Shown: positions 1 through 9,690 of the stretch, in pieces
Layout of the letters: each line of letters begins with the position of its first letter
Numbering within the stretch: position 1 is the stretch's first letter
Assembly (NCBI GenBank): GCA_002269645.1
Contig: NIVC01002709.1
Coordinates: forward strand, 146,780-210,779
Direction of reading: 5' to 3'
Source of the DNA: Macrostomum lignano
Lineage: Eukaryota
DNA: 64,000 nucleotides
The notes under the pieces: generated by a model
Seen by the model: the letters and a program-made list of their open reading frames with translations, nothing else
What the model was told of the DNA's origin: nothing
Database searches by the model: none
Position numbers and translations under genes: made by a program

Positions 1-139
1 CAGGTAGATATAAAAAGCGTAGAAACTCAGAGTTTGTCAGTATGTATGGTGATTCAACTCCTGGAAGCTTAGGGTAGTTCGAGGTGTGTTTTGTGTTGTG
101 TGTGTTGTGTGGGGTTGTAGTGTTGTTGTCTGTTCTATG

Positions 140-831
140 AGATGCCTAAGTTCGACAGTGTCTTTTTTAATTGCATGGGATGGTTTCAATCCAGTCATAC
201 GTGTGACTTCATTGTTCAGTTGCTCTATAACAGTGGGAGCCGGTCTGTCCATTTTGAATAGTACTGACCACTTTTTAGTTTCAGCTCTCAGCTGTCTGCT
301 TAGTGAATAGCCTCTTGGCTAGAGTTAGATTGAATCTCTCAAAGCGCTTGGTCTCTGTGCAAGTTTGTTCTGCCATAGCGAATTTTTGCGTCATACTTAT
401 GTAGAAGTGATTTCACTGCACCCATGAATTCTTTACCGGGTCCGTCATAAAGATTTCAGGGTAACTAAGGGTGAGTTTTTATAAATATCTTGGAGGGCGG
501 CTGCAACTGCTTCTGACTTCTTCGTCTTAAGCGGTCTCGCTTCCTTATATCTGGAAGCAACGTCTGTAATTGTAAGAGCATACTTGTAGCCTGAGTCGTT
601 GGGGAGAAACAAAAAGATCTGCTTGGTGCGCCTCATTAGGTTTATAGATGTAAAGTGAGGTCTTGTAAATTTTACTGGTGGGAAATAGACTTGAAAGAGA
701 GCCTGCTTAGAGAGCCATTTTTCTACTGTAGCTTTTGGTCCTTACTTAGTTCTGCGAGTTGGTGACTGCATTTTTTTCTACAAAGAATCCTTTGTCGCTG
801 TAGTAGAGTTTTTAAGTTTCTGATCTGTCAT
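140..831 (-). pseudogene. Polinton-type retroviral-like (DDE) integrase, frameshifted
   Basis: Joining frames from ATG 831 gives MTDQKLK..KWLSKQAL..HQADLLFLPNDSGYKYALTITDVASRYKEARPLKTK..FMTDPGKEFMG..ERFNLTLAKRLF..LNNEVTRMTGLKPSHAIKK, with all three D/D/E motifs. Several indels; 3' end approximate. Confidence 0.85.
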
Positions 832-861
832 TTATTTAAAAAGAAAATTTTAAATAAAATA

Positions 862-1316
862 ATGCAACGCTCTGGTGGTAAATAGATTCACATGGACTGA
901 TAGAAAAGCTTCCTCATCCAAACAAAGGCTGGACACTTCCCGGCTATAAATATTGCGGGCCTTTGAATCCACTTGAAATACAGCTAGATAAAAACAATAA
1001 TCCACATCCTGGGCATGAGCCTGTGAACGAGCTAGACTCTGTCTGCATGTGGCACGACGTTAAATATAGAGATTTTCCTGAGGAGAAGAATCGCTGGGAC
1101 AAAGAAATGCTCAGGAGACTCGACAATATAGGGGCTTCAAGCGGATTTCGCGAGTCTATTGCTCGGAAATTAGTTAAAGCTGTTATTTTTGGTAAGACAA
1201 AGTTGGGGTTGGGGGTCGGCGGCTGTTTGAGAGAAGGGGTGGGCTTTGTGTTGCAGACGCCAAGTAAAAAATTAGGAAGACTGCTGAAAGAGCTGGGGGT
1301 TGAGAGAGCAGAATGA
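862..1316 (+). pseudogene. Polinton/adintovirus phospholipase-A2-like protein (parvovirus VP1u-type PLA2), frameshift near N-terminus
   Basis: Extending ORF 963-1316 upstream in frame gives HGLIEKLPHPNKGWTLPGYKYCGPLNPL..NELDSVCMWHDVKY..WDKEMLRRL..KTKLGLG, i.e. a YxGP Ca-binding loop and the HD catalytic motif. ATG 862 lies in another frame. Confidence 0.85.
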
Positions 1317-1569
1317 TTCAAGCAAGAAAATTCAAGAGAAACTTTTTAAGAAAATAACAGCAAAAGAAAAATAAATGGATGACATGATATACTTTTGAGC
1401 AGCAGTTAGTTTCCCGAATTTGGTACTCACACAGGCTGCCACTCGAAGGCCGCTGCTACAGCCCGCGCATCTTTAAAAGAAGAAAAAAAGTAATTTGATA
1501 TTAGCAATCTCCTTACTTTCTTTTTCCTTTTAAAGATGGAAAAAATGTTAATCTTGTCTGAAACATGAA

Positions 1570-1675
1570 AGAGAAGATTTAGAGAAGAAGAGAAGAGAAG
1601 AGAAGAAGAGAAGAGAAGAGAGGAGGAGAAGAAGAAGAAGAAGAAGAAGAAGAAGAAGATTTAGAGAAGATGAGA
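1570..1675 (+). repeat. (GAAGA)n/(GAA)n purine-rich simple repeat
   Basis: Read directly from the sequence. Confidence 0.9.
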
Positions 1676-1749
1676 ATTATCTTCTTATTATTAAGAAGAT
1701 AAAGAAAAGAAAAGTTATATTTATTTACCATTTTTACTATTTTTATTTA

Positions 1750-2517
1750 CTATTCTTTTTTTATTTGAATAACACCCATGCTCCAATAGGTTTTATATTT
1801 ATTCGAACACATTAACATGTCTTCAATATCATTTTTTAAGGTGTAAAGTTCCTCAAATGTTATATTTAGCTTAAAAAAACGAGGATAATCATGTAATGTT
1901 TTACTAAGAGACAACATTTTTCTAATAGTGCTTTTAGCATATGTTATCTCATGTCGTTGCAAAAACTCCAAAACCTGATCATCACACCTTTTACATTTAA
2001 CAGTTTCTTCAGGATGTTCTATTCTATGTTTCGCTGCGTTGTGGTTAAGCCATACACCACAGATGTATGTGGCAATGAGCATACGATTATTACATCTTTT
2101 TAAACTTGTGACTGCCGTCTGTAGTTGTTCTTCTACAGATAACGGCATATTCGTATCAACAATAGAATAGGGGTGAATAAATTCATCGACCCCTTCAAAT
2201 TCAAATACTTTTGCGCAAAGATATTGATGAAGCGTCTCACCAGTTGGCCGTAGTTTTTGCTTCTTTACTTTTACTTTCTTTCTTGCTGGTTGATCTTGAT
2301 CCTCATCTACATCCATGCGCTCTTCATTTAATTTTTTTGATCGATCTTCTAAATTGCCACAACTAGGTACTAAGGGGCAATCTAATGTAACTTTTAAATG
2401 AATTAAATCATCTTCAGATAAGAGTAGTTCGTGTTTATTGTTATCTTTTGCTAACTGATTTAGCTGTAAAATTTTAGAGAAGAGAGATAGATCTGGTGTG
2501 ACAGACAAGTCAGACAT
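1750..2517 (-). CDS. Hypothetical 255-aa protein, probably Polinton accessory ORF
   Basis: Uninterrupted ATG-to-stop ORF of non-repetitive sequence, with a basic NLS-like stretch (RKKVKVKKQK). It lies between the PLA2 gene and the putative Polinton end. No family recognised. Confidence 0.6.
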   Translation of the reverse strand: MSDLSVTPDLSLFSKILQLNQLAKDNNKHELLLSEDDLIHLKVTLDCPLVPSCGNLEDRSKKLNEERMDVDEDQDQPARKKVKVKKQKLRPTGETLHQYLCAKVFEFEGVDEFIHPYSIVDTNMPLSVEEQLQTAVTSLKRCNNRMLIATYICGVWLNHNAAKHRIEHPEETVKCKRCDDQVLEFLQRHEITYAKSTIRKMLSLSKTLHDYPRFFKLNITFEELYTLKNDIEDMLMCSNKYKTYWSMGVIQIKKE

Positions 2518-2937
2518 TTTTAACCGAGTAACTCTTCAAAAGTAGTTGTATAAATAAGCTTTCTTCCTTACCCGACAGACTTTGGGGGGGGGATGTCCGC
2601 CTGATAGCGGCGAGACGACTTGGCTTTGGGGATAAGGGGAGAGAATTGAGTAGACTGAGAAGAGCTGTGGGACGAGGGACAATGGAGGATCAGGGGTATG
2701 GTTTTGGTTGGCCATACGTATGCCATACGTAGCATACACGTGCTGCGGGATTGACTGTAGGTAGAGAAGTGGAAAGAGAGAGAACTTGCTATGTAGAAAT
2801 AAATGCTCGCGGTGAGGAGAAGCTTGTGCATAGGAAGAGAGGTTCTCTCTGTATACGGGGTCTGCGTACTCTGAGTTAGTGAGGGCATGAAGCTTCTGCA
2901 TGGGGGAAGAGATATTTGCTCTGTACATGCTCGGCGG

Positions 2938-3044
2938 CGGAACATTTGTTGGGCTGAGGAACAAATGTTCGGCTGAGGAACATTTGTTCGGCTGAGGAAC
3001 ATTTGTTCGGCTGAGGAACATTTGTTCGGCTGAGGAACATTTGT
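2938..3044 (+). repeat. 19-bp tandem repeat (GGCTGAGGAACATTTGTTC), ~5 copies
   Basis: Read directly; no spacers between units. Confidence 0.9.
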
Positions 3045-3409
3045 AGCTGGCTCTGTAGCTGGTGCCCTAGAGGGTAGTTTTACATTTTCCCTTAGATAAA
3101 TAGTTGCAAGCGTTGATTTTAGATGTAAGAGCATTGTGTATGAATAGATCTTAGTAGACATTAACAAGCTTGGCAGAACTGTTCAGCGTGAGTTACTATA
3201 ATAAGAACCTCGGGAGACAACTGGAAGCATTTTTATTGAGAATTTAGATTTTTTCGGAGGATGAGCACCCTGCGCTGATGATTTAAAGTCTTTGGGATCT
3301 GGTAGCACGTTGCGAATTGAATGTGGGCCCCATGGGGAGAAGAATGCAGATTATTTTCTGATTGTTTCGAAGATGCTATGGGTGGATGTCAGTGGATTAT
3401 ATGACACCT

Positions 3410-3612
3410 GTTATGCTCTGATTCTGTCAGGGATAATGCTCTGATTCTGTCAGGGATAATATGGATGGATTTAATGGAATTATGGAGGACGTTTTGTGAG
3501 CGAGTGCGACCCCCCTTTTTTCTGATTCTGTCAGGGATAATATGGATGGATTTAATGGGATTATGGAGGACGTGAAAAATTTTGTCCCAAAAGCCCCCTC
3601 ATGCCTTCTACT
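3410..3612. repeat. Polinton subterminal direct repeats and putative terminus
   Basis: CTGATTCTGTCAGGGATAAT occurs three times and a ~50-bp block (..ATATGGATGGATTTAATGG..TTATGGAGGACGT) twice. The segment ends in CTACT. Confidence 0.6.
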
Positions 3613-4355
3613 AAGGACAGTTGGAGAAAGTGCAATCGAGCGAATGGGCCACGCCTATAGTGTGTGTCAGAAAGCAATCTGGAAGTATCAAGATTTGTGG
3701 CGACTATAAGATAACACTGAACCCAGTCTTGGAAGACATGGTAGCGACAACGCCATCGATAGATGAAGTGATGTCCAGATTGGGTCGAGCCCGGAAATTC
3801 TCCACGCTAGATCTCACAAACGCATACTTGCAGGTACCAGTCGGCGCCGAGACAAGTCAGATGCAAACTTGGAGCACACCCTTTGGCCTGTTTCGTCCAA
3901 CCTCACTGGCTTTTGGGGTAAAACAAGCACTCGCTATCTTCCAGTCATATATGGATAAACTCCTGCTAAACCTCGACGGCGTGATATCCTACCAGGACGA
4001 TATCCTCATCTGGGGCGAAAGTCAGACTGATCATGACGAAAGGCTCAACACAGTAATGAAGATCCTGGAAAACAATGGACTTCGCATAAATGCTGACAAG
4101 TCTGTACTAAACAAGTCGTCAATATGATTTTTGGGCTACGAGATCAGTGCAAATGGAATTCGCCCACTAAAGGAGGAAGTGGAAGCCATTGCCGGATTAA
4201 AAGAGCAAAGAGACCTCACACAACTACAGGCGTTCTTGGGAATGGTCGATTTCTATGGACGATGCATTCCTAACTTGGCTACGTTGAAAGATTCATTGAC
4301 CAATCTAACCAGGTCAGGTGTGCGATGGACCTGGGGAAGGTAAGAACAGAAGGCA
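3613..4355 (+). pseudogene. Ty3/Gypsy reverse transcriptase fragment
   Basis: GQLEKVQSSEWATPIVCVRK..ICGDYKITLN..FSTLDLTNAYLQ..YQDDILIWG..(stop)FLGYEISANGIRP..FLGMVDFYGR..WTWGR(stop)EQKA. In-frame stops at 4125 and 4341; truncated at both ends. Confidence 0.9.
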
Positions 4356-4415
4356 AACATCTAGCTTCTTTGTTCCTTACGGAGACTTCCAGTCGTACGA
4401 CTTCTTTGGGCCACG

Positions 4416-5096
4416 ATGGACGGAAATGACGCCGAAGACGAGTTTTTCGTAAAAGTTGTCTCTCGCTACCCCGTCGTTCTCGACAAAAGCAAGACGCCCG
4501 GCACAATGGAGAAGAAGAACGCAGCATTCAGCTCAATACAAAAGGACCTGGAGGATAATGGAGTAAATCTAACCTGCAAGAAGATCAACAAGAGACTTTC
4601 GAACATTTAAGACGCGGCTGAAAGCAAAGACGGACTTGAAGAAGACCGGAAATAAAAAGATTGTTCTGAAGAAGTGGGAAGAATCCATGCTACAGTTTTT
4701 CAACATCGAGGAAAACCCAGTTTTTTCCAAGGTCCCTGACGCTCGTGTGTGTGGGGTTGCATCACAACTCGCTGACGACGATGAACCACAGACACCCCCG
4801 AGACCCAGCCCGAGCAACGAGGAGTCTGATCGCCAACCCTCGACGCCTGCGAGCGTTCAATCACGGCAGCAGTCTGCGAGAGCATCCGCGCCGCGACGAG
4901 TCACCAACGAGACGACTGCGACGATAGGACTGAGCAATGCCGAGCTTCAGCGAATGGTGCTACTCGAGCAGCTCAGGTACATTTTCGTACGAAGACACGG
5001 CGCGAACTGGAACGGGAGGCCTACCAACGACAGTCGCAGATGCAACAGCACACAAGCGACGTCGGGGATGCGTCTGCTTCGTATATGCAACTTTAG
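4416..5096 (+). pseudogene. Harbinger-associated Myb/SANT-like DNA-binding protein, two single-base frameshifts
   Basis: MDGNDAEDEFFVKVVSRYPVVLDKS..EKKNAAFSSIQKDL..KKINKRLSNI/KTRLKAKTDLKKTGNKKIVLKKWE..LSNAELQRMVLLEQLRYI../RELERE..SYMQL*. Frameshifts fall in T-runs at ~4606 and ~4984. Confidence 0.75.
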
Positions 5097-5464
5097 GGGC
5101 CAATATAAAGCTTATTATAGGTTTTCGGACTGCTAAGCACGCTCGTTAGCTACTTGTTATTGATAATATTGTTACTTACGGTTACAGTCAAATTGTTAGT
5201 TTACAATTAGTTTACGTGGTTACGACGCTTTAAATATACGACGACAAGTAAGAAAAAACGGTAAACGTTTATTGTTATCATAACAAACGTAAAACACAGT
5301 TGTTATTTACTAACGTTAATATTATTAGCTAGGTTAGGGTCAGATTGCAATACCTTACAATTAGTTTACCTAGTTAGGAAGCTTTAAACATACGTTGACA
5401 AATATGAAAAAACAGCAAACGTGAGCAGCATGAGGTAAGTCAGTACGGATCGCGATGCAGTTTG

Positions 5465-5572
5465 TCATGGCCCATGCCTGAACATGATGTCGGCGATAGC
5501 GTTCTGGCGCTGAACTCCGGCTGCTCTTTTCGCGGCCTCACTGGCATTGTTCACGTCGAACGGTGGTGCGAG
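5465..5572 (-). pseudogene. Harbinger transposase true C-terminus (35 aa + stop), displaced by the LINE
   Basis: Removing 5587-9704 rejoins ..IEEP to LAPPFDVNNASEAAKRAAGVQRQNAIADIMFRHGP* in frame, giving a 347-aa transposase. Confidence 0.9.
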
Positions 5573-5638
5573 GGGCTCTTCTATCTTCTTCTTCTTCTTC
5601 TTCTCCGTTTATCGCCTTGCGGCGTGGAGTGAACAGCG

Positions 5639-8600
5639 TCAGGCTTCACCGCAAGTGCGTTTGTGTCGCGCCATGTTTGTCGCCGATAACGTTCTTCCGC
5701 ACTTGTCGCATTCTGCTGTCTTCCTTCGGTATTTTCTTGCTCTTCTCTTGTTCTCCTCCATCTCCGGTGGATTGTGGTGTTGTTCTTTACATGTCTTTCT
5801 GTGCCTCGCTAGGTTCGATTTTACGATTGTGCTTCCACATTGCTGACATTTTACTCTTGACGCATCTATTTCCGTCTCGCCTTGGCACACCTTCTCATGG
5901 TTTGCCAGGGTCGCTTCCTGTCGGAACTCCTTGTCGCATTTGTGGCATCTGAATTTCACCGGCTCTTTAAACACGCGATGCATCCTCTTTTGGTGGATGG
6001 TTAGTCCCCCTTGCTTTTACACACTTTGCCGCAGAGTTCGTATTCGCATTTGAAGCCATCTCCAACCTCTCTCGGGTTCGTTTTTACGTGGTACCGTTCT
6101 TGACTTCGTTCGATCAGGCTGTTGTTACTGTCCGTCTTGGCCTTTTTTCCTTGCACTCTCTCCCACTCTTGTAGGTGTACAGTCCGCTGGTGTACTACGT
6201 TCCGCCAGTGTTTCCTGTCTAGAACGTGGCGTTCGATGTCTTGCGGTTCCATACCGGCTTCCCGGATGAGGCGCTTCCAGTAGGATATGGTGTTGTTTTT
6301 CCGTTTTTTGCGCTTAGGGATCCTTTCCAGGCCTCTGTACCACCCTAATACGGCTTGCTTTATTTGTCTGTCGTCTTCCATCCGTAGGACGTGGCCAATC
6401 CTTTTTAGGTGACTTTTCTCAATCTTTGTTCTTAATGACACAACACCTAGTTCGTTGCGGATATCTTGCATATTTACTCCTAGGCTTTCCATTTCGCGCA
6501 GCGGTTCCATTCTCTTGTTGGACCAAATGTTGCGGTATGTTTTGTCGATGAACTGTTGCATTTTCTTGATTTCGCCGAGCAGGAACGGGCGGGTGTTCGC
6601 ATGGAACAGGAGTACACTTTCCACGCACGCCTCGACCACTTTAGCTTGTGTGGTCTTTTTCAGGCGGCATCGATGGAACCTTTTCCTGATCGCATTCCAC
6701 GCTTTGGCGGCTCTCTGGATTCTTTGCTGTGTGTCGTATCTCCTATCCATCCACGACCCTAGGATGCGAGTTTTACCTCCGACGGATGTTCCTAGGGCCA
6801 TCTCCTCCTGTTTCTCGTCATTTGTCAGTTCTTCGAACTTCTTCATATTCTCTTTGGTCGTTGTTAGGCTTCTCGTCAGTTCTCTGCCATTGCCTAGGAT
6901 GGTGGTGTCGTCTGCAAAGAGCGATGAGGTCCACTTGACCGTTCGCATCTCCGAGTTGTACTGGTTGATTCTCTGAGGTGGCAAGGAGTGTCCAGGTAAG
7001 TACGTCCATTCCACCCCGCAGCTTAATCCTCTGCTGGCCGCTTCTGTCTCCCGAGTTTCTTCCGCTTTCCTGATGCTCGCCTGGTGGTAGATGTTAAATA
7101 ATATCGGGGAAGTTGGGCATCCCTCGCGTAAGCCTCGCTCGGGTAGCCATGTTTCGCTTGATTTCTCCTTGCCTTGCACTTTATACGCGGTATGTTCATG
7201 CAGGTCTTTCAGTTTTTCGATCGTCTCTTGCGGCATCTTGTACGCTTGGAGGATTCCCCACAGGATCGGCTTGCACACTCTCGGATATGCCTTACGGAGG
7301 TCTAGGAGGATTGCCGTTTCTGTGTCTTCGATGTTGCAGTCTCCTGATGCTCTTTTTGTTTCCAGGTACTCGGCAATGTCCTCGTGCATCCTGGTGAATA
7401 TCTGTGCGTTGTCCGCCGTCGATCTTCCACTTCGGAAGCCGTTCTGGTTGTCATCTAGCGCTCCTATCACTTCTGCCCAATTCCGGATTCTGGTAGCCAG
7501 AATGCGGGCTAGTATTCTGCTGAGCATAGGTAATAGGCAGATTCCTCTGTAGTTATTCATGTCTGCTCGGTCTCCCTTCTTGAATAATGGAATAATGAGT
7601 CCAATTTTCTCGTTGTCATTCCATTTGTGCGCTCGCTCTTCAAACAGAAAGCGGATCCTTGCATACAGTTCTTTACGTACTGCGTCTGGGGCGATTCTAA
7701 TGTATCTGATACGAAGTTCGTCCTCCCGGGACTTCGGTCTTTCATTTCTTTAATGGCTGCTTCTATTTCAAGGTCCGTTGGGACTGTCGTCAGTTGTGTT
7801 CTTGTCTTTTCCGTATCTTCCTGTTCCTTCATGGTTTTGATTGATCTGATCAGTTCGGCTGTTTCGGTTTCCGGGTTTTCCAATCTAGTCCCTTGGATTC
7901 TTTCCAAATGGTTCTTGAAGTCATCTTCGTCAAAGTTGGTGTCTGTTCCGCTGTTGTTCCACTTTCCTCGCTTGTCCAACATCCTTAATTTCTCATAGAC
8001 CACTGCGATCTGGCCTCTATCCGCGGCATTTCTGCATTCCTCAGCGATTGCGTCCCACCAGTTTTCCTCCCATTCCGCGAGCTTCTTTTTTATCTTTTTT
8101 CGGATAGTTGTAGTCGCTAGGCGGGCTAGGGTCGTCGCCGCCGAGGTGGGGTCTTCTCTGACGCATGCGTTGCGATGGGCCAGCGTTTCTGCCAGCTCTC
8201 TTTGTTGTGCCTCGTGTTCGTCCAGGTGGGGGGCCATCCACGGGTTCGTTACTCGTGTCACCGTGCCGCATACGTGCCTTGCACTGTCGATGATTGAGTT
8301 TTGAACGTCTGTCCATTTCATGTCTGTGAGGTTCCTGTCCTGCTTCTCTCTTAGTTCTTCGAATCTTGTTAGTATTTCTTTTTTTAACTCAGATGCCTTG
8401 TTCTCGTCGTGGAGTTTCCTCCAGTCGATGTTCTTCCGCCTGCGTCTCGTCTGGTCCTTGACGTACTTGTTCCGTGTCCAGCCCCGAATTATGACGGTTT
8501 TGGGCAGGTGGTCCGACAAGTTGCACTTGTTGTGGTTCTTTATCGTTTTGACCAGGCGGTGTCTGTCCTGCGCGCGAGTTATGAAGCCGTCTATCTCATA

Positions 8601-9689
8601 CCACGTGCCGGTGCTTGGATTTCTCCAGGTTCCCCGGTTTTTTGACTTGTGGAACGAGTTGATCCAGGCTAGATCATTTGTCACTAACCAGTTTGCGAGG
8701 TCTTCGCCCTGCTGGTTGGTCAGTGCTAAGCCAAACTTTCCTCGATGTTGCGCGTCTGTGTTTTCAAATTTGCCAATCTGTGCGTTCATGTCACCGCCAA
8801 TGATGATTGGTTTGTTCTTTCTTTCATTATGAATGTAACGTTCCAGGGTGTTTCTGAGCTCTGCTAGTTCCGTTTCGTAGTCCGGAGTGCCTCTAACTGG
8901 GCAGTACACGCTGATCAATGTCGCGTCGTATATTTCTATCATGATCGCTCTGTTCGTAATCTTCTTTTTTGATCCGCTGTCCTTCCACGTCTGGTACAAT
9001 TCCTGGTTTAGGATGATGCCTGTTTTCTTGCCGTGAATCAGGAATGAATTCTGTTTCGGTTGGTGGTAACTTCTTATTCCGTCTGACGGTACCGATAACT
9101 CCGAGATGAGGGCTACCTCCCAATTCTCACTCATAATCTTTTTTGCGATCTCTCCAAAACGCGTGCCGAACACGTTTGCCCGCTGGACATTCCATGTTGT
9201 TATTCTCAGCTCGTTGTTTAATGTTTCTCTGCGTTTGTTAATCTTCTTCGTTCTTCTTGTTCCACGGCGTCGGGTTCTTCTGATTAGTCTGCTTTTCTTC
9301 TCTTTTTGGGTTTTCGGTCGTTTTGTGCTTTTTCTTGGGTTTTCGGATTCTTTCTTTGGTCTTTCCTTCCTGTTTGGTCCTGGGTTCTTCTCTACTGTCG
9401 TCAGCTGTGCTTTCACTTTCGCCGACCTTTGTTTCCGGCTTGGTCTTGTGCGGCTCTGCTGTTCCTCTAGCTCTCTACCTTTGTGCTGTCCACTGGTTTT
9501 TGCCTGGTTAATCTCGGTACCCAGGTCGGCTACTTCTGGGTACCACGAGTGAAAAGGGCCGGTGTCGTCGTACTGGCTTCCGCCAGTGGCTTCGATCCAT
9601 GGTCCCTTCCGTTTGCTCCCTTCTTTGCCAAGACTTTTTCGGGTCTTGTCCACTGGCCACCTCGTGAAGGTGGGGGAACAATCGGCCAG
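5639..9689 (-). CDS. LINE polyprotein: basic leader, APE endonuclease, reverse transcriptase, four zinc fingers; two 1-nt frameshifts
   Basis: APE motifs TWNV, ISE, GGDMNAQIG, IDGF, SDH. RT motifs IIPLFKKGD, YRGICLL, QNGFRSGRS, LDLRKAY, GLREGCPTSPILFN, FADD. C-terminal Cx4Cx12Hx4H plus three Cx2C..Hx3C fingers. Adding one base in the G/C runs at ~7725 and ~6007 joins ORFs 7557-9653, 6001-7560 and 5639-5983. The frame is open to the element's 5' end. Confidence 0.85.
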
Positions 9690-9690
9690 C
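9613..9690 (-). ncRNA. HDV-like self-cleaving ribozyme at the LINE 5' end
   Basis: Hand-folded, numbering from G1=9690. P1 GCUGGCC/GGCCAGU with G1-U wobble; P2 UUGUUCCC/GGGAGCAA; P3 ACC/GGU; L3 UUCACGA; P1.1 UC/GG; P4 CAAGAC/GUCUUG; J4/2 G-C-AAA with putative catalytic C at 9627. G1 directly abuts the TSD. Confidence 0.85.

Larger units (their letters stand above)
1..3612. mobile_element. Polinton/Maverick (adintovirus-like) terminal segment, decayed
   Basis: Contains an rve-type integrase and a parvovirus-like PLA2 gene, both typical Polinton/adintovirus cargo. AT-rich, with subterminal repeats at 3410-3575. Ends in ...CCTTCTACT at 3612 (AGTAG on the minus strand), after which a Gypsy RT frame begins abruptly. 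The left end is outside the window. Confidence 0.8.
5587..9690 (-). mobile_element. Full-length RTE-like non-LTR retrotransposon (LINE), 14-bp TSD, (GAA)n tail
   Basis: TSD GGGCTCTTCTATCT at 5573-5586 and 9691-9704; (GAA)~6 tail at 5587-5604; very short 3' UTR; single APE-RT-zinc-finger ORF. Clade assignment is inferred from these features. Confidence 0.92.

Noticed and set aside
2536-3167. 161-aa and 199-aa ORFs near the Polinton end
   Set aside because: They overlap a 19-bp tandem repeat and low-complexity subterminal DNA; no recognisable motif.
9508-9690. C-terminal 60 aa of the listed 372-aa transposase ORF
   Set aside because: Read-through into the LINE 5' end; the real C-terminus is at 5465-5572.
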